The notes: generated from the letters alone by a model not told the origin. A stretch of 63,694 nt of DNA, filler included, from Octopus bimaculoides (GCF_001194135.2; 10 parts of 10 records of this genome joined end to end with filler, not necessarily neighbours in it), one strand, 5' to 3'; numbered from the whole stretch's first letter, positions 10,614 to 22,454 are shown. Program-made: numbers and translations.

Positions 10614-11459
10614 ATGAAAGACGAAGAACTCATCGTATGGACTACGCCGTCCATTCCTTCTTGGAATCATATGTACATGTTAGAAGCAATGACTTTTAAA
10701 GTGTGTGTACGTTTGGAATCGGACGCGTCACCCGACTCTGTCCGAGTACAGGCATGGACAAACATCTACCAAGCTGAAAACAGTGAAGGTTGTTGGCATG
10801 GAATAGATTTGCCATTTATTCAACGTGATACCGAACAAACAAGCGAAAGTGGCCGTAATGGTAAATCGTACCATCAACTGATATATGGCAAATCCGTTCT
10901 TTTAACTGGCTTCGGAATTTACCAATTCACATTTAGAGCTCGTTACAACACAGCGACCTCAGAATGGAAATGGAGGAATGCATATCAATCGGATGGAGTA
11001 ATCAATATTTCTCCTCCTACCATGGACAAATGGACTCAGGGACCCGATTTTGACCACATTGTGGATAATGTTCACCTTGGTAATTTTATAGCTGCGACTA
11101 AAGCTGAAGATCTTGGCTTCGATGCGGTCTTAAATGTGGCAGATAATCTAGATCTTATATTAGAACCAGATAGTAAACTGCTGTACAAGAAGGTTCCTAT
11201 GGCAGACGGTGCCCACAACCCGATAGAAGACTGGAAAATTAAGGAGGCGGTGGAATGGTTGGCCTCACATAAGTCATATAAAACATTGGTTAACTGTCGG
11301 GCTGGCATCGGTCGTGCAGGATCCACCGTCGTTTCTTATGTGTTCAAAACTAACCCTGACATGTCTTACAATGATGCTTATAAATTTGTTTTCAACAGAA
11401 GGTTTATTTACCCACACAAAGGATTAAAAGATACACTAAGTCAACTTTATCCAAAGTAA
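10614..11459 (+). CDS. Intronless 281-aa protein: unknown N-terminal domain (possibly carbohydrate-binding) plus dual-specificity protein phosphatase domain
   Basis: Uninterrupted ORF with AACATGA start context. DSP motifs: HIVDNVHLGN, FDAVLNVA, acid loop PMADG, P-loop VNCRAGIGRAGS, SYNDAYKFVFNRRFIYP. AATAAA at 11901-11906. Confidence 0.9.
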   Translation: MKDEELIVWTTPSIPSWNHMYMLEAMTFKVCVRLESDASPDSVRVQAWTNIYQAENSEGCWHGIDLPFIQRDTEQTSESGRNGKSYHQLIYGKSVLLTGFGIYQFTFRARYNTATSEWKWRNAYQSDGVINISPPTMDKWTQGPDFDHIVDNVHLGNFIAATKAEDLGFDAVLNVADNLDLILEPDSKLLYKKVPMADGAHNPIEDWKIKEAVEWLASHKSYKTLVNCRAGIGRAGSTVVSYVFKTNPDMSYNDAYKFVFNRRFIYPHKGLKDTLSQLYPK

Positions 11460-13892
11460 ATATTCAGTTTTATAAACACCCGACCAAGCTAGTAACCTTT
11501 ACACAAACAACCCGTTCAGTTTGTTGTTTACCTCATTCAGCCTGGAATGTGTGTCTGTGTATGTGATAAATATATCGCAATGTGTATATATGAACGTGTA
11601 TATAATGTATTTATGTTTTTTTTAAAATGCGTCTTAAAATAATCCAGTTTTAAGACTATTTTTATCATTAAAAATTATATTTTCTAGAATTGATTTTATC
11701 CATTGTTGATCTCTTCATGTTCTGGAACTATAATAAGAAAAATATTGATAATATTAATTAATATTAATGATTTTTTTTAAGCAAGTGTCAAAGAAAAACA
11801 ACAAACCAAAAAAAAAAAAAACAGTAAGATTGTTTTGGTTTGGGGAAAACTCTTTTTATATATATGTATATATTTTATACTTCAAACCTACTGCCACAAC
11901 AATAAACTGCAAAACTGCCAAGTTTGTTTGTGTTTATTCCAAGACACATTACTACACCTATATTCCTTCTCTTTACATATCTACCCCCCTCATTCTTCTA
12001 CTTTTACACCTGCTGTCCATTATTAAATCACTAGACACCTGCTGTTAATTATATCTCTGAACTGTCTTTAAAGAACGATTTTTTTTCTTTTTTTAATTCA
12101 CTGTCTCCATCCCAAGTATTTTTTCGGGTAGAGATAAACATATATTGACCTTTTACACTTTTATCTTAAATTCTAGACTTAAATTTTAAATGATAACCGT
12201 TTAGAATTGTCTTGATTCTATCATAAACATTATTTTTTTTATCGTTGTGTCATGGTTCTTTTATTTTGATTTGTTCTCTTCAATTATTTATGAATCTTGC
12301 GTAAATGTTTATTCCCCAAGCCCACTCCTTTGTGTGTGTGCGTTTTGTGTAATTGTATGTATTTTTTGCTATCTGTTGCAGTCACTTCTATTCCAAGAAT
12401 AATTCAGAGCTATTGCAGTGGTAATGTTTACACGGAAACGCACACATACACACACATATTCCTGGTTTATAAAATTCCATAACCAGTTGTATACTACTCG
12501 ATGTGTGTGTGGTTGACTGTTATATAAGTCAAACTGTTTAATTCTACACAGATATTGTTTCATAATTTGCTTAATATTAATTCTTTTTACTGGCTTCAGT
12601 CTTTAAACTGCGTCCATGCTAGGTCATTGCCTTGACGGGTTTAATTTGGTCATATCGATCCCAGTATTTATAAAACACACACACGCACACGCACACGCAC
12701 ACTACAAACGTACATACTACATATGTGTATTGAGGTGTTCATGTTTTGATTTCTGCCCTAGCTTGTTTTTTATATTCCTTTATAAAACTGCTGTAAATCA
12801 ATTTCCTCCAGTGCAATATTTAACTACCAGTCTTCGATGGTGTTTATTTCTGCTAAGTATCGAAAACACGAATTTGAGGTTTCCACTGTTATGGTTTAAC
12901 CATTATTGCGGAATAGAACAAGTGTAGCAGAAGTGCATTCCAACAGTCACCTTCGTCTTATGTCCAGAATGAATTCTTCTGCTTTACCCAAAGATCTCCC
13001 GCTCTCTTTCTCTCCACTGGGCATACATTTTATTTCTTGTAGAATTTTGATAACATTTAGCTCTCATGTATGAATGTTTGTGAATAGTGTATACACGTTT
13101 TAGGTATGTGTGCATTTTGATTACCACACGTCTTTGGACTGATAAGTGTGTATAAATTTACCAAAATACATATTGTCGCAAGTTCTTTTGTGTGTGTGTG
13201 TGTCTGTAGAGAGAGAGGAAGGGATTATTGTATGAATAATGCGGCTTTAATTAAAATGAAACCGAATAATGGGTATTACAGTATATCGGCACATAAATAT
13301 ATTACGTTGATATACTGTTGCACGTACTCTATCTATGCATGCATGTACGATGTGTATATAAAATTTTATTGTCGTACGTTCTTTCTTGCGTTAAGTTTAA
13401 TAGAAAAAAAAAAAATTAACAAGTTCACGTTAATTTTTTTTTCTTAAATCGATAAATTAGGAACGTTAAAATATTTTTTAAAAACTTTACCCGTAGTCAG
13501 TGTTTATAGTTTGACTGTTGAATTATATTTTGTGTGTTTTTAAAAGTTTTTTTTTCTTTTTATAACTAACACAAATATATCACATACGACAAAAAACACG
13601 CACAATTCGATGTCATAAAATAGAAACTATAACTCTACATGTGACTATGATTAACTCCAGTTGACACAGAATTAGGAGTAGAAAAAAAAATGAGAAAAAT
13701 ATTTTACTACGCGTAACGTAAAAAGAAAAAAAAATTACTAGGCTTCCACAAGGAATACGCCACGTATATATTATACATAAACTTTTTGCATCTTAAAGTA
13801 GGAATGGCAAATAATTTCGTTTTGTCATTGAGGCTTCTGGGTTCGCTTCCTCTGCATGGTAGTTTGAGCAAGTATTGTTTTCCAGGAACTTA

Positions 13893-14099
13893 TGTAGCGG
13901 TTCTTTGGATGGATTTTACCTCCAACTGAAAGGAACATGCCCCTTCGACTTTGTTAAGGGTACACACGCTGCGGCGGCGGAACCTAGTTCAATGATTAGA
14001 TAGTTCAGTTTGATTGAAGAACAGGAATCTTCATATTTGTGTGTGTGGTTGAATAAAGACTTTGTTTTGCAACCTCATCGACCTTGATTCATTCCTACA
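13893..14099 (+). mobile_element. LTR-like 207-bp segment nested in a SINE
   Basis: TGTAG...CTACA inverted termini and AATAAA at 14052. SINE sequence resumes on both sides (gagcaagt / gtcattttc). No clear TSD. Confidence 0.4.
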
Positions 14100-16317
14100 G
14101 CATGGAATCTCGGGATAATGTCATTTTCTAGAGCACTGAGTGGACCAATATCGTGTGAAGGTAGCTTGGGTAGATAGAAACGGTATAGAAGCTCACCTGT
14201 TATGATTGTACTTATTTAAATGTACAGCATTATCCACTAACAAATGTAACATTTAATGGTCTTCTCAGGCAGGATCAGTGTAACCATCTGTACCTTTTGA
14301 ATTACTGGTACAAATGTGTGTATGCCATGTTAAAAGCACCCAGCATACACTGTAAAGTGGTTGGCATTAAGAAGGGCATCTAGCTGCAGAAACTAAGCGA
14401 AATCAGACTGGAACCTGGGGCAGCTCTTCTGCTTGCTAGCTCGGGTCAAATCCTCCAGCTATGCCAGCATGGACAACAGACGTTAAATGATTGTGTGTAT
14501 GAAGATGTGTGGCTTAATGGTTAGGATATTCAACTCACAACTGTAAGGTCTCGGGTTCAATTCTCAACAGCACATTTTGTCTTTGAGCTAGACATTTTAT
14601 TTCATACAAGTAATTTTTATTTGCCTGTCGTGGTACTTAAATGAGAATGAGATGTAAGGTGACAACGTTTTTGAGATTCCGGTTCAAATGACATGAGTGT
14701 TTTTGTTTCACTTTTGACACGTAGTCTAATGACTGAAACCAGTAAAAGATAAAAAGTTCCCTACGTTTTATATGACAGAAGTTTCTTGTGTTTCAGGTGA
14801 AGTCCTCCTGTTGGGAGAGACCGAGAGAAAAGTTTGTCTTCATTCTTAGTCTGTGAGAATTTTGAACAATGTACATTAACAGGGAATGTCAAAGAATTAA
14901 GAATTGTGCGTGTGGAAGAGCTTGAAGTGGAGTGAGAGAAAACCTGTCTCTTAAATTCTCTCTGACTACTTACATCTCATCAATATGTATAAAAATTTTC
15001 GTTTTCAGTCTTCCCCCATCCTCCACTCCTTTGGCTCTCCTCATCTCTCAAATTTTAGATTGGTAGCATGCTGTCAAATTGCACTATTTCAGCGTTTGTT
15101 GACAGAACTTTTTCTGTTCCTTACATTATCAACTCTAGAGTTCCCCAGAGTCCAGTCGTCTCCTTCCTCTGCTCTCTTCCCTCTAAAAATCAATGACCTT
15201 TTCACCGTCATGTCCAACAACACACATTCTTATACAGATGATAATAATTTTCATTCTTCTCTAATCTTCCCCAGCCATGCATCATCCACATATAACAGAG
15301 ACACAACAAAAGACTATGTTGATTCCATGAAGTGAGACTTCGAAAGCAACCTCTGTTAGTGCCAGGCCGATCATGTCTTTTTGTCAACATTAAGAAAACA
15401 TGCATGCTCTCATAACACATACCACTCAACTAGAGCCCTTACAGTTGTTCCAAGTGTTGGGTTCTGCTATTACCAAAGGCACATCTTCTCAGCTACAACT
15501 GCATCCCAACAGGTAACTCTTCTCTTTGGGAGCAGTTACTAGATACAATCTTAGCTTAATTCCTCGCTCCTTCCAAGCAATCATTGACTTTTTAGAAAAC
15601 TCGGGTGAAGTTCTCATTGGAGTACTCCCACAATTGGTGTTGTGCTGCTGCTACACTCACAGGCATCCCTGATGGTATCCAGATGAGAGCCATCTGAACA
15701 GGTGCGGAGCTAGAGAGTGTGCCGCCTAGAGTGACCTTTCCGTTTGCTGCCCCTGGACCCCACAAAAAGCATTGCCAACAGCAGACCCAAAAGTGCCACC
15801 CGGTGTGGACTGCCCCTACTGCCCTACTCTAGCTATGCTAGTCCATCTGACCAACTGGTATAAAATCACTAATACACCTCATCTTTTCATTCATCTGCAT
15901 TCTGTCTCCTTTCTCTGCCTTTTCTGTCACAACTATAATGGCCTCTGTTCCTCACAGCTGGTTGGGCTAGTGCCACCTCTACTTAAGCATACCTGACTTT
16001 CCTCCTCATTTCTCTTGCTGTCACACTCCCAGGCCTTATGTTGAGAACCACACTCAATCCTTCTTCCCCAAAAGGTTCGCTCTCTTCTCATGTCTTTCCC
16101 ATACATGTTGACTTTCAATAATTCATGAGTAACATTAGCATAAGACTATATATATTTACACATGTGTGAAATTTGACTGGTGAATTCCACTGCTGCCATC
16201 TGCGATTGATTTTAGTTTAAGAGGCAGAGAGAAATACACACACACACATATATATATGCACACACACACAAACATATATGCACACACACACGTGTACACA
16301 TTCATATACATCACATA

Positions 16318-16475
16318 GCCATGTGGCTATGTGGTAAGAAGCTTGGTTCCCAACCACATGGTTCCAGATTCAGTCCCACTGTGTGGCACCTTAGGCAAGT
16401 GTCTTCTACTATAGCCTCGGGCCAACCAAAGCCTTGGGAGGATTTATTAGACAGAAACTGAAAGAAGCCTGTTAT
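16318..16475 (+). mobile_element. tRNA-derived SINE, 5' half
   Basis: TGGCTATGTGGTAAG A box, AGATTCAGTCC B box, CCTTAGGCAAGTGTCTTCTACTATAGCC core. Confidence 0.85.
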
Positions 16476-17575
16476 CTGTCTGTCTGTCTGTCTGTCTGTC
16501 AGAAGAGAGGAAAATAGAGAGATAATTAATAATTATTAATTTAAGAATTAGACGACATCACTGACAGCTGTTTTGATTCCAGACCTTTATAAATTAATTA
16601 CCATAATTAAAACCATTTAAAAGTCAAATCTCATCAGAGTTGGCTAAATATATACAATTTGGTGTTCAAATTTCTGCTTGTTGAGTATACAACTCCAAAC
16701 TGTATATATACATATATNNNNNNNNNNNNNNNNNNNNNNNNNNNNNNNNNNNNNNNNNNNNTTAATTAATTAANNNNNNNNNNNNNNNNNNNNNNNNNNN
16801 NNNNNNNNNNNNNNNNNGTGTGTGTATGTATATATATATACACGCACACACACAAATATATATATTATGTGTGTGTATGTATATATATATACACACATAC
16901 ATATATATAATATATATCTGTGTTCGCGTGTGTGTATGTGTGTGTGTGTGTGTGTATGCATTTTCGGTGACGTCTTTTATAGCAGCATCGCCATTGGCAC
17001 TACCAGTGACCAGTTAATATTCGTTAGACTCAAGAGAAGGAGCACTAAATATTACATAATGTGACAATACAACCTGGTAGCGAGCCGTTTCTACGCGTGC
17101 ATGTGTGCGTGAGTTTGCATCCAGTAACAAAAGTTTCTGCCACAAAAACAAGCTGAAATTCCAGTCAGTCATGTCAAATCGTCAGCGACCAAACAGCCGC
17201 GCCCACTTGTCTCATTTCGATACAAAACAATTCACTTTGAGAATTGCTTTCTTTGGGCATTGAAGAATTGTGTTTCATAATTTCTGAGACTATAAATACA
17301 GCTGCTTGCTGCCTTTACGCCTCTGATAATAAATATCTAGAGATGCAGGTCAAGCCACCGATAGATTCTACGTAGTCAAGCAACCCACTAGAAATAGTAA
17401 CCAACATCCCTACAGGTTGCATCCTACCATTTCAAGATATAAAACAGAAACGAACTAAGGGAATATGTCAGTGATGCTTATATTAGAGGACGCTTAACAG
17501 ACTAAGAGGTCACGGTTGGAATACATTTGACCCTAGAACAGCTCATTGAAACCACGTAACACCTTGGGCAAGGTG

Positions 17576-17625
<50 letters not shown>

Positions 17626-17841
17626 TTGCCCACTACACCACCGCTTGACAACCGGTGTAGATTTGGTTACGTCCCTGTAACTTAGTTGTTCGGCATAAGA
17701 ACCGATAGTGTAAATGCCAACTTGTTCTGTTCGACAAAATCCTTCAAAAATGCCCCATCATGGCCGCAGTCGAATGATTAAAAGAAGTAAAAGATAAGAA
17801 GAAAATGCTTTATTTTTATTTATATATTTATTTATTTGCAG

Positions 17842-17926
17842 AACAAAGCCTCCATTCCGAAACTGGTTTGTCTCCCAAAAATCCATAAATGTCGAAGAAA
17901 GAAAAAGAAGAAAAAGCAGGATAAAT
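17842..17926 (+). CDS. CHS: Penultimate exon of chitin synthase-like gene (NKASIPKLVCLPKIHKCRRKKKKKKQDK)
   Basis: TTATTTGCAG acceptor and GTAAGT donor. 85 bp, phase 0 to 1, matching the phase-1 start of the 18289 exon. Confidence 0.55.
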
Positions 17927-18288
17927 GTAAGTTAATCCATGTTTGCTTCCTTCCTATTCTTTCACATTTCATCTTCACGATATTGCCACAAGGCAAACAG
18001 AAACTATAAGAAGCTCTCTCTCTCGGCGGCTTTGCTTCAATCCAATGGCTACAACTCACAACAGAAGAAATAATTCATTTCTTTTAATTGTTACATTTTT
18101 TCTTTCTTCAATTTCTTTTATCTTTTACTGGTTTCAGTCATTAGACTGCGGTCATGCTGGGGCACCACATTGTAAGGCTCAGTCGAATACATTGACACCA
18201 GGACTTTTCTTTTAAAGTCTCGTTCTAACCACACAACCACATCTGCGCCTTAATTTTTTATTAATTAATTCATTTTCTTTTATTTCAG

Positions 18289-18746
18289 ATTCCGCAAATT
18301 TGAATTCTCCCCCTCTTAGTTTAGGCCTCTTCGATGAGTGTGAAGATGAAGACGAATACAAATTCTGGGAGCATCTACGAGATTGCACCGTAGGTACAAA
18401 GGTGAGGACGGGTTTGTCAAAGTCGAAAATGGCTAAAATACTGCAGAGGTTCCGCCTCAAATGTGTTTTCGGATTTTTGATGTGTAATTCGATCTGGATG
18501 ATCATCCTTGGATACGTCTTCACAAACATTGCAACCGAAAAGTCTAAGTTAAATTTATTTGGCATAGTCAATACGTCTCTATTCGGGATTTCGCTCATCG
18601 TTCAGCTGACTGGATTGACAGTACATCGAACCCAAGACACTATCGAACGTTTTATCCGCAAATCGAACAGACACTCGAAGCGCCCCGAATGGATAATTAC
18701 AAAAGACGATAAACTAGATGCTGTAAGTAACAGAAGTGAAAAATAA
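18289..18746 (+). CDS. CHS: Terminal exon of a chitin synthase-like gene (C-terminal membrane region)
   Basis: TTTTCTTTTATTTCAG acceptor. EDEYKFWEHL, LQRFRLKCVFGFLMCNSIWM and IVQLTGLTVHRTQDT match the E..FW..L, L..LR.K...F...N..W and Q...ML.HR..T motifs of metazoan chitin synthases. TAA at 18744-18746. Confidence 0.8.
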
Positions 18747-19229
18747 ATCAAAGAAAACAAAAACATAGACAGAAAACAAATAAAAGAAAAAATAGCATAA
18801 AATTATTAAATAAATAAAATAACACTTCTAAAACGAGGTAGCAACGAGGTAGCAACGTCCATTTCGGTGCAATCTCCGAACATTTCGCTCGATCACATCA
18901 ACCTTATTATTCGTTCCAGTCAGGTATTTATTTTAGAGATCTTTATTTGTTGGAAGACCAAATAAGGTATTTTAAAACGGTACCAGTTATTACAAGGGGA
19001 ACTTATGACTGCGAAACCAAATTTGTAAGCACATTCTCGCATGCTTCCTTCAATTTTCATGCAAACACATAAATTATACAAATTCTGTTATTCTTTTATA
19101 CGTTTTAGCGATGCAGTTGCGATCATGCTGGAGCACCATCGTAAATTTGTACTCTTTCCACAGACCTCTTCTATGGCGGGTTTCTACTGGGATGGGTGGG
19201 ATTTCATATTAACTTTTGCATGTGTTTTT

Positions 19230-19480
19230 TTACCTGGTGGCTGGATCATTAGGTGCATGATGGAGTTTGATACCACTGCCCTCGTCTATACTTCCTGCCG
19301 GGACCGTTGGCTCGTCTGGTAACAAGGATAAGAGAATGTCCAATTCCTTTTTCGAGTCATCCACATCCACATTGTATAGGTGTCTTATATAGTCTAACGT
19401 CTGTCATGTTTAGAGTAAACGAGAGTTCGAGTGTCACAAGCAGCTTTTGACTTTCTCAATTCAAGGGTTTTAAACCAATA
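19230..19480 (-). mobile_element. 3' end fragment of a CR1-like LINE
   Basis: Minus-strand translation YIRHLYNVDVDDSKKELDILLSLLPDEPT, then in another frame RAVVSNSIMH, typical of CR1 ORF2 C-termini. Confidence 0.55.
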
Positions 19481-20613
19481 TTTACAAGCTATCATCTATA
19501 GCTCTATCTACTTTGAGTTCCACCATGTTCCTGCCTATATACTTTTGTGAAAAACAAGTTGACACACGCAATTTCTAAGGGCTTAAATACCTGAATTGTA
19601 CCTTTAACCTTTACATTATCAAAGCAAAAGGATTAAATCCAATGATAAAAAAACTGTCACGCTTTGGGCCTACTTAACAAAAGAGAAACACCTACAACCT
19701 TGTTTACAAAGCTCTACATGCATTCATAAATTCTAAATAATTACATAACCCCAAAGTTAATCAAAATTTCTCCAAAACACCTCTCCTTAACAATAAGTTC
19801 TAAAAACCAAATTACCACTCCTCTCAAATGCACAGATATGTGATTCCATATAAGTATTTATATGTGTGTATAAATATTAGTGTATATGAATATTTGTAAA
19901 CGTGTGTATGTGTGTGTATATACATATGTGTAGGAATGTAAGTATAAGTATGTATATGTGTGTGTGTGTACGTGTGTGNNNNNNNNNNNNNNNNNNNNNN
20001 NNNNNNNNNNNNNNNNNNNNNNNNNNNNNNNNNNNNNNNNNNNNNNNNNNNNNNNNNNNNNNNNNNNNNNNNNNNNNNNNNNNNNNNNNNNNNNNNNNNN
20101 NNNNNNNNNNNNNNNNNNNNNNNNNNNNNNNNNNNNNNNNNNNNNNNNNNNNNNNNNNNNNNNNNNNNNNNNNNNNNNNNNNNNNNNNNNNNNNNNNNNN
20201 NNNNNNNNNNNNNNNNNNNNNNNNNNNNNNNNNNNNNNNNNNNNNNNNNNNNNNNNNNNNNNNNNNNNNNNNNNNNNNNNNNNNNNNNNNNNNNNNNNNN
20301 NNNNNNNNNNNNNNNNNNNNNNNNNNNNNNNNNNNNNNNNNNNNNNNNNNNNNNNNNNNNNNNNNNNNNNNNNNNNNNNNNNNNNNNNNNNNNNNNNNNN
20401 NNNNNNNNNNNNNNNNNNNNNNNNNNNNNNNNNNNNNNNNNNNNNNNNNNNNNNNNNNNNNNNNNNNNNNNNNNNNNNNNNNNNNACAACGCAACAGTCT
20501 TCAAAACCAGATTGCGGTGTTCTAAGTCGCATCGTACAATTGAGAAATTATCTCAGTATAACTTCTTACGTTTGTACCAATATATATATAAAATAGATGT
20601 GTTTATATATGTG

Positions 20614-20647
<34 letters not shown>

Positions 20648-20709
20648 TGTGTGTGTGTGTATGTATGTATGTATGTATGTATGTGTGTATGAGTGTGTAT
20701 CTATGTATA

Positions 20710-21772
20710 TGTCTGGCTTGGCTTCAAGCTCTTGCATGATGAGGCTGGAGTTATTCCAAATCAGTGGTCCCAGAAGCATCATGCATAGAGCCGACCAGGT
20801 CCACCGGTCCTCTCCATCGCTAGCGTTTCCATGTCAGACCCTTCGCATCCGCCAAGGTGACCTCGAACCTCTCGAGATCTTATTGAACTACGTCCAGCCA
20901 TCTTGTGTGGGGCCTGCGACGAGACCCCTTCCAGCACTCAGCTGGTGAGAGTAAACCCTGGTAGGATGATCTAGCGGGAGACGGAGGATATGTCCGTACC
21001 TGCGCATGCGAGAAATAGCCATGAGGTGCGCGCGCGCGCGTACGTGGTGGGGTTGCTGCGGGCTGATGAGTGCGCTCATACAGTTCTTTGTTGAAAACGT
21101 GATGGATCCTTCTGATGTTCTCAATCGTTCTCTGCTATTGAAGCCATCGATCGTCTTTGCTAGAATCTTCGAAAGGGGCCTCGTTTCTGCTCCATAGAAG
21201 AGAACGGAGAGGACCGATGCGTTGTAGACGCGGAGCTTCGTCTGCTGGGAGGTAGAGACGTAACGCCAAAAGGGCTTCCATTAGGAGTACATGAACCTAG
21301 CGGCCAGACCACATCTGCAGTTGATCGCCGGAGTCAAGTCTCCGTTGCTAGTAACTGTTGAACCAAGGTAAATGAAAGAGCTAATGAATTCCACGACATT
21401 GGGAGAGGAGTGGGTCCGGGCCATCTCCGACATACATCAGCTTGGTCCTTGCCTAACTCTCCTGAATATAAACGTTTGCTGATTCTTGTCTGTAAATGGT
21501 TGGTGCATCCCTTAACTGGTCGACCGAGTTACTGAACAATGTGGTATCATCTGCAATAATGTGACTAAGGGCAAAAATACGGTCGATGATAGATAAATTC
21601 GGCATGAATCCGGCTTGTTGTGGGCGGCGTCCTCTTTTAATGGCAGGAAGAGTACTTTGAAGAACTTGCTTGTGATCGAGAGGAGGTTGATGCCCTTGTG
21701 GTTGCTGCATTCGAGTTTCTCGCCCTTCCATTTCCAGAAGGGGAGGATGATGCCTCGGGTCCTATCATCTCT
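20710..21772 (-). mobile_element. RTE-clade LINE 3' part with internally deleted RT, decayed
   Basis: QQAGF, IDRIFAL joined almost directly to ADDT, FIYLGS, KLRVYNASVLSVLLYGAET, and an AAGCC-repeat tail at about 20712-20725. Confidence 0.85.
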
Positions 21773-21912
21773 GTATATGTGTATATTACATATCTGTGTA
21801 TGTGTATATTACATATCTGTGTATGTGTATATCTATGTCCACTATATTAACATATGAGAGCGTCTCATAAAGCGAGATTTATATATCTTAATTTGCAGAG
21901 GAATTTGTAGTG

Positions 21913-21986
21913 GGTAGCTTAGCTTAATCGGTCAAAGCATCGTGACATATAATCACGGGGATGTGAGTTCGAGTCCACAGCTAGCC
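21913..21986 (+). pseudogene. tRNA pseudogene or tRNA-like repeat; anticodon position reads TAT (Ile-like or mutated Met)
   Basis: D arm GCTT/AAGC, anticodon stem CGTGA/TCACG with loop CATATAA, T loop TTCGAGT. 1-nt deletion in the T stem and one acceptor mismatch. Confidence 0.6.
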
Positions 21987-22069
21987 ACCTACACTTTTCT
22001 CTGCAAAATAGGGGTGGTTTATCCTGTTCGGCTATATTATTAGCATTATTCTGCGATTGAGAATATATA

Positions 22070-22105
<36 letters not shown>

Positions 22106-22106
<1 letters not shown>

Positions 22107-22166
22107 GAGGGTTGTATGAAAAGCTTTGCTTTTTTTTGAGGCTCAAGACTTTTCATACACCTCTCG
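22106..22166. mobile_element. Tiny mariner-type MITE (61 bp)
   Basis: TIRs CGAGGGTTGTATGAAAAG and CTTTTCATACACCTCTCG, inserted at TA in a (TA)n tract. Confidence 0.6.
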
Positions 22167-22454
22167 AATGTGTGTGTGTGTGTGTGTGCGTGGATGTGTG
22201 TGTATGCATGGATGTGTGTGTATGCATGGATGTGTGTGTATGTGTATAACTTTCTCTTTTCTCTTGTGTAATATTTGATTTGTTCTTCCTTCCTCTACCT
22301 CAACTATCTATACTGCTCCTGAACCTGTATATACAAAAGGCAGGATGTGTGTGTGTGTTTGTGTGTACGGGAATGTAATTTATGCACATCCAGAAATTAG
22401 CTCGCATGTAGCTCAAATTTTAGGAGGACTTTTGTCACGACCCTAGCTGTATTT

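Noticed and set aside
10614-11459. Calling the phosphatase laforin (EPM2A), Cdc14 or PTPMT1
   Set aside because: The N-terminus lacks a recognisable CBM20 signature or Cdc14 A-domain, and the P-loop differs from PTPMT1; orthology cannot be assigned from sequence alone.
14797-14860. Strong + strand acceptor (TTTCTTGTGTTTCAG) as an upstream chitin synthase exon
   Set aside because: All frames stop within about 20 codons, no donor, and no CHS motif.
21063-21069. CTGATGA as a hammerhead core (also 43212, 53108 and CTGACGA at 56242)
   Set aside because: No consistent stem II-GAAA-stem III-UH-stem I arrangement; 21063 lies within RTE coding sequence.
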